NCBI RefSeq assembly: GCF_001194135.2 | Contig: NC_068999.1 | Location: 23,194,483-23,229,800 of the forward strand | Direction of reading: 5' to 3' | From: Octopus bimaculoides | Lineage: Eukaryota | DNA length: 35,318 nt | In this document: piece after piece, positions 33,832 to 35,318 of the stretch | Position numbering within the stretch: the first letter of the stretch is position 1 | How the letters are laid out: each line of letters begins with the position of its first letter | Position numbers and translations under genes: made by a program | The notes under the pieces: generated by a model | The model's input: the letters and a program-made list of their open reading frames with translations, nothing else | Told to the model about the DNA's origin: nothing | Database searches by the model: none

Positions 33832-34615
33832 TGTATAGATATATATCAGTGACTCCAAGTCATCAGCGTCACTCAGGCTCGTCACAGATTTCACATAAGA
33901 CTCAAAAAATTTCATGTTCCTCCACTTTATTTCTCGCCCTAAATGGCTTATTTTTTATATCTAGTACTATGTCTTTCTCCATTTCTAAGTTAGGGGTAAA
34001 AATAAAACAACCCTGCAAAACAAAACTGATCTTTACCCACAGATGCACAGAATAACAGCAATCAAGTAATGACAGCAAAGTGCACAACAAACATCAGTGA
34101 TCTGACTGTCGCCTGTATTCTTGACAAGAGATGCCAGTTAGTTTTTTACACCTACCAGGCTCGTTTGTATTAGCCTGAGTTGCTGGATAATTTTTCGTTC
34201 CTTTAAGAATATTTTAGAATGGAAACTTTTCATAGATTCAAATTTAAATCCTAATCTCTCTAGAAATTTATTGTTTTAAGAAAACATTGAATTTGAATTA
34301 CTTTTATTTAATTTTTACGATCATAGATAACAACTCTGGCTGTAACTTCTGAGTTAGACGTGTGTGAATGATGTCGAGAGAACGTTTACTATGAATGATA
34401 TTTTTTGACACAGGGCCCCTCTAAGATGACCACCAGATGCTGAACTGCAACTAGACTCAATAAAAGGAGCCTGAGTTATTGGCTGAATTACATACTTGAA
34501 GTCAGTGTCGGTAGCAATTAAATCAGCTTGCAAATACACACTCACTTTACTAAATTTATATTCAGGCTAAGCCTGAACAGCCTGAGTCGCCACATATATA
34601 TATATATATATATAT

Positions 34616-34754
34616 AGGCACAGGCATGGGTGTGTGGTAAGAAGCTTGCTTCTCAACCAACCACATGGTTCTAGGTTCAGTTCCACTGCGTGGCACCTTG
34701 GGCCATCCAAAGCCTTCTGAGTGGATCTGGTAGACAGAAACTGAAAGAAGCCTG

Positions 34755-34792
<38 letters not shown>

Positions 34793-34996
34793 GTTTGTAT
34801 GTCTGTGTCTGTCCCTCCATCCTCGCTTGACAACAGATGTTGGTGAGTTTACATCCCTGTAACGTAGCGGTTCAGCATAAAGATTGATAAAATAAGTACT
34901 AGGCTTACAAAGAATAAGTCCTGGGATTGATTTGCTTGACTAAAAAGGCAGTGCCCCAGCATGGCTGCAGTCAAATGACTGAAATAAATATAAGAA
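34616..34996 (+). mobile_element. SINE family A, full length with small core deletion
   Basis: AGGCACAGGCATGGGTGTGTGGTAAGAAGC...GGTTCAGTTCCACTGCGTGGCACCTTGGG...CCCAGCATGGCTGCAGTCAAATGACTGAAA. Confidence 0.9.
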
Positions 34997-35006
34997 TATA
35001 TACACA

Positions 35007-35318
35007 CGGGTTGGAAATGAGTACAGCAATGAATTCCGGGTAGAGGTAGGGGTCCACCAAGCTTCCGTCCTCAGCCCCCTCTTATTTATCATAGTCCTCC
35101 AGGCAATCACAGAGGAGTTCAAGACAGGTTGCCCCTGGGAGCTCCTCTATGCTGATGACCTTGCCCTAATTGCGGAGTCACTATCAGAACTAGAGGAGAA
35201 GTTTCAGGTGTGGAAGCAAGGTCTAGAATTGAAGGGCCTTAGAGTCAACCTAGCTAAAACCAAAATCCTAATAAGTAGGAAGGTAGATAAAACACAAACC
35301 CCTTCAGGTAGATGGCCC
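35007..35318 (+). mobile_element. Young 5'-truncated RTE-clade LINE, RT core, continues beyond the window
   Basis: Uninterrupted 104-codon frame RVGNEYSNEFRVEVGVHQASVLSPLLFIIVLQAITEEFKTGCPWELLYADDLALIAES...NLAKTK...PSGRWP with intact YADD. Confidence 0.95.

Noticed and set aside
1-35318. CRISPR arrays, functional tRNA genes, prokaryotic operons
   Set aside because: No regularly spaced direct repeats; tRNA-like boxes belong to SINE heads and lack full cloverleafs; the sequence is clearly eukaryotic.

Overview
AT-rich, repeat-dense eukaryotic DNA. The SINE and LINE families look like those of an octopod cephalopod (inference from repeat content, not a database match). No host protein-coding gene could be identified with confidence; only weak candidate exons are offered, and most ORFs in the supplied track are microsatellite or TE artefacts. 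Well-supported content: four fragments of one RTE-clade LINE family with a PHD-like Cys/His insertion after the RT, the 3' end of a Tx1/L1-clade LINE, two unrelated mariner-superfamily relics, two hAT (Charlie-type) MITEs with 8-bp TSDs, two piggyBac-type TTAA MITEs, over 20 tRNA-head SINE copies in three families, a decayed 5S rRNA copy, and two N gaps. The most interesting item is a 113-bp insert with an 11-bp TSD (29227-29339), nested in a SINE, which carries a minimal Penelope-type hammerhead ribozyme on the minus strand.
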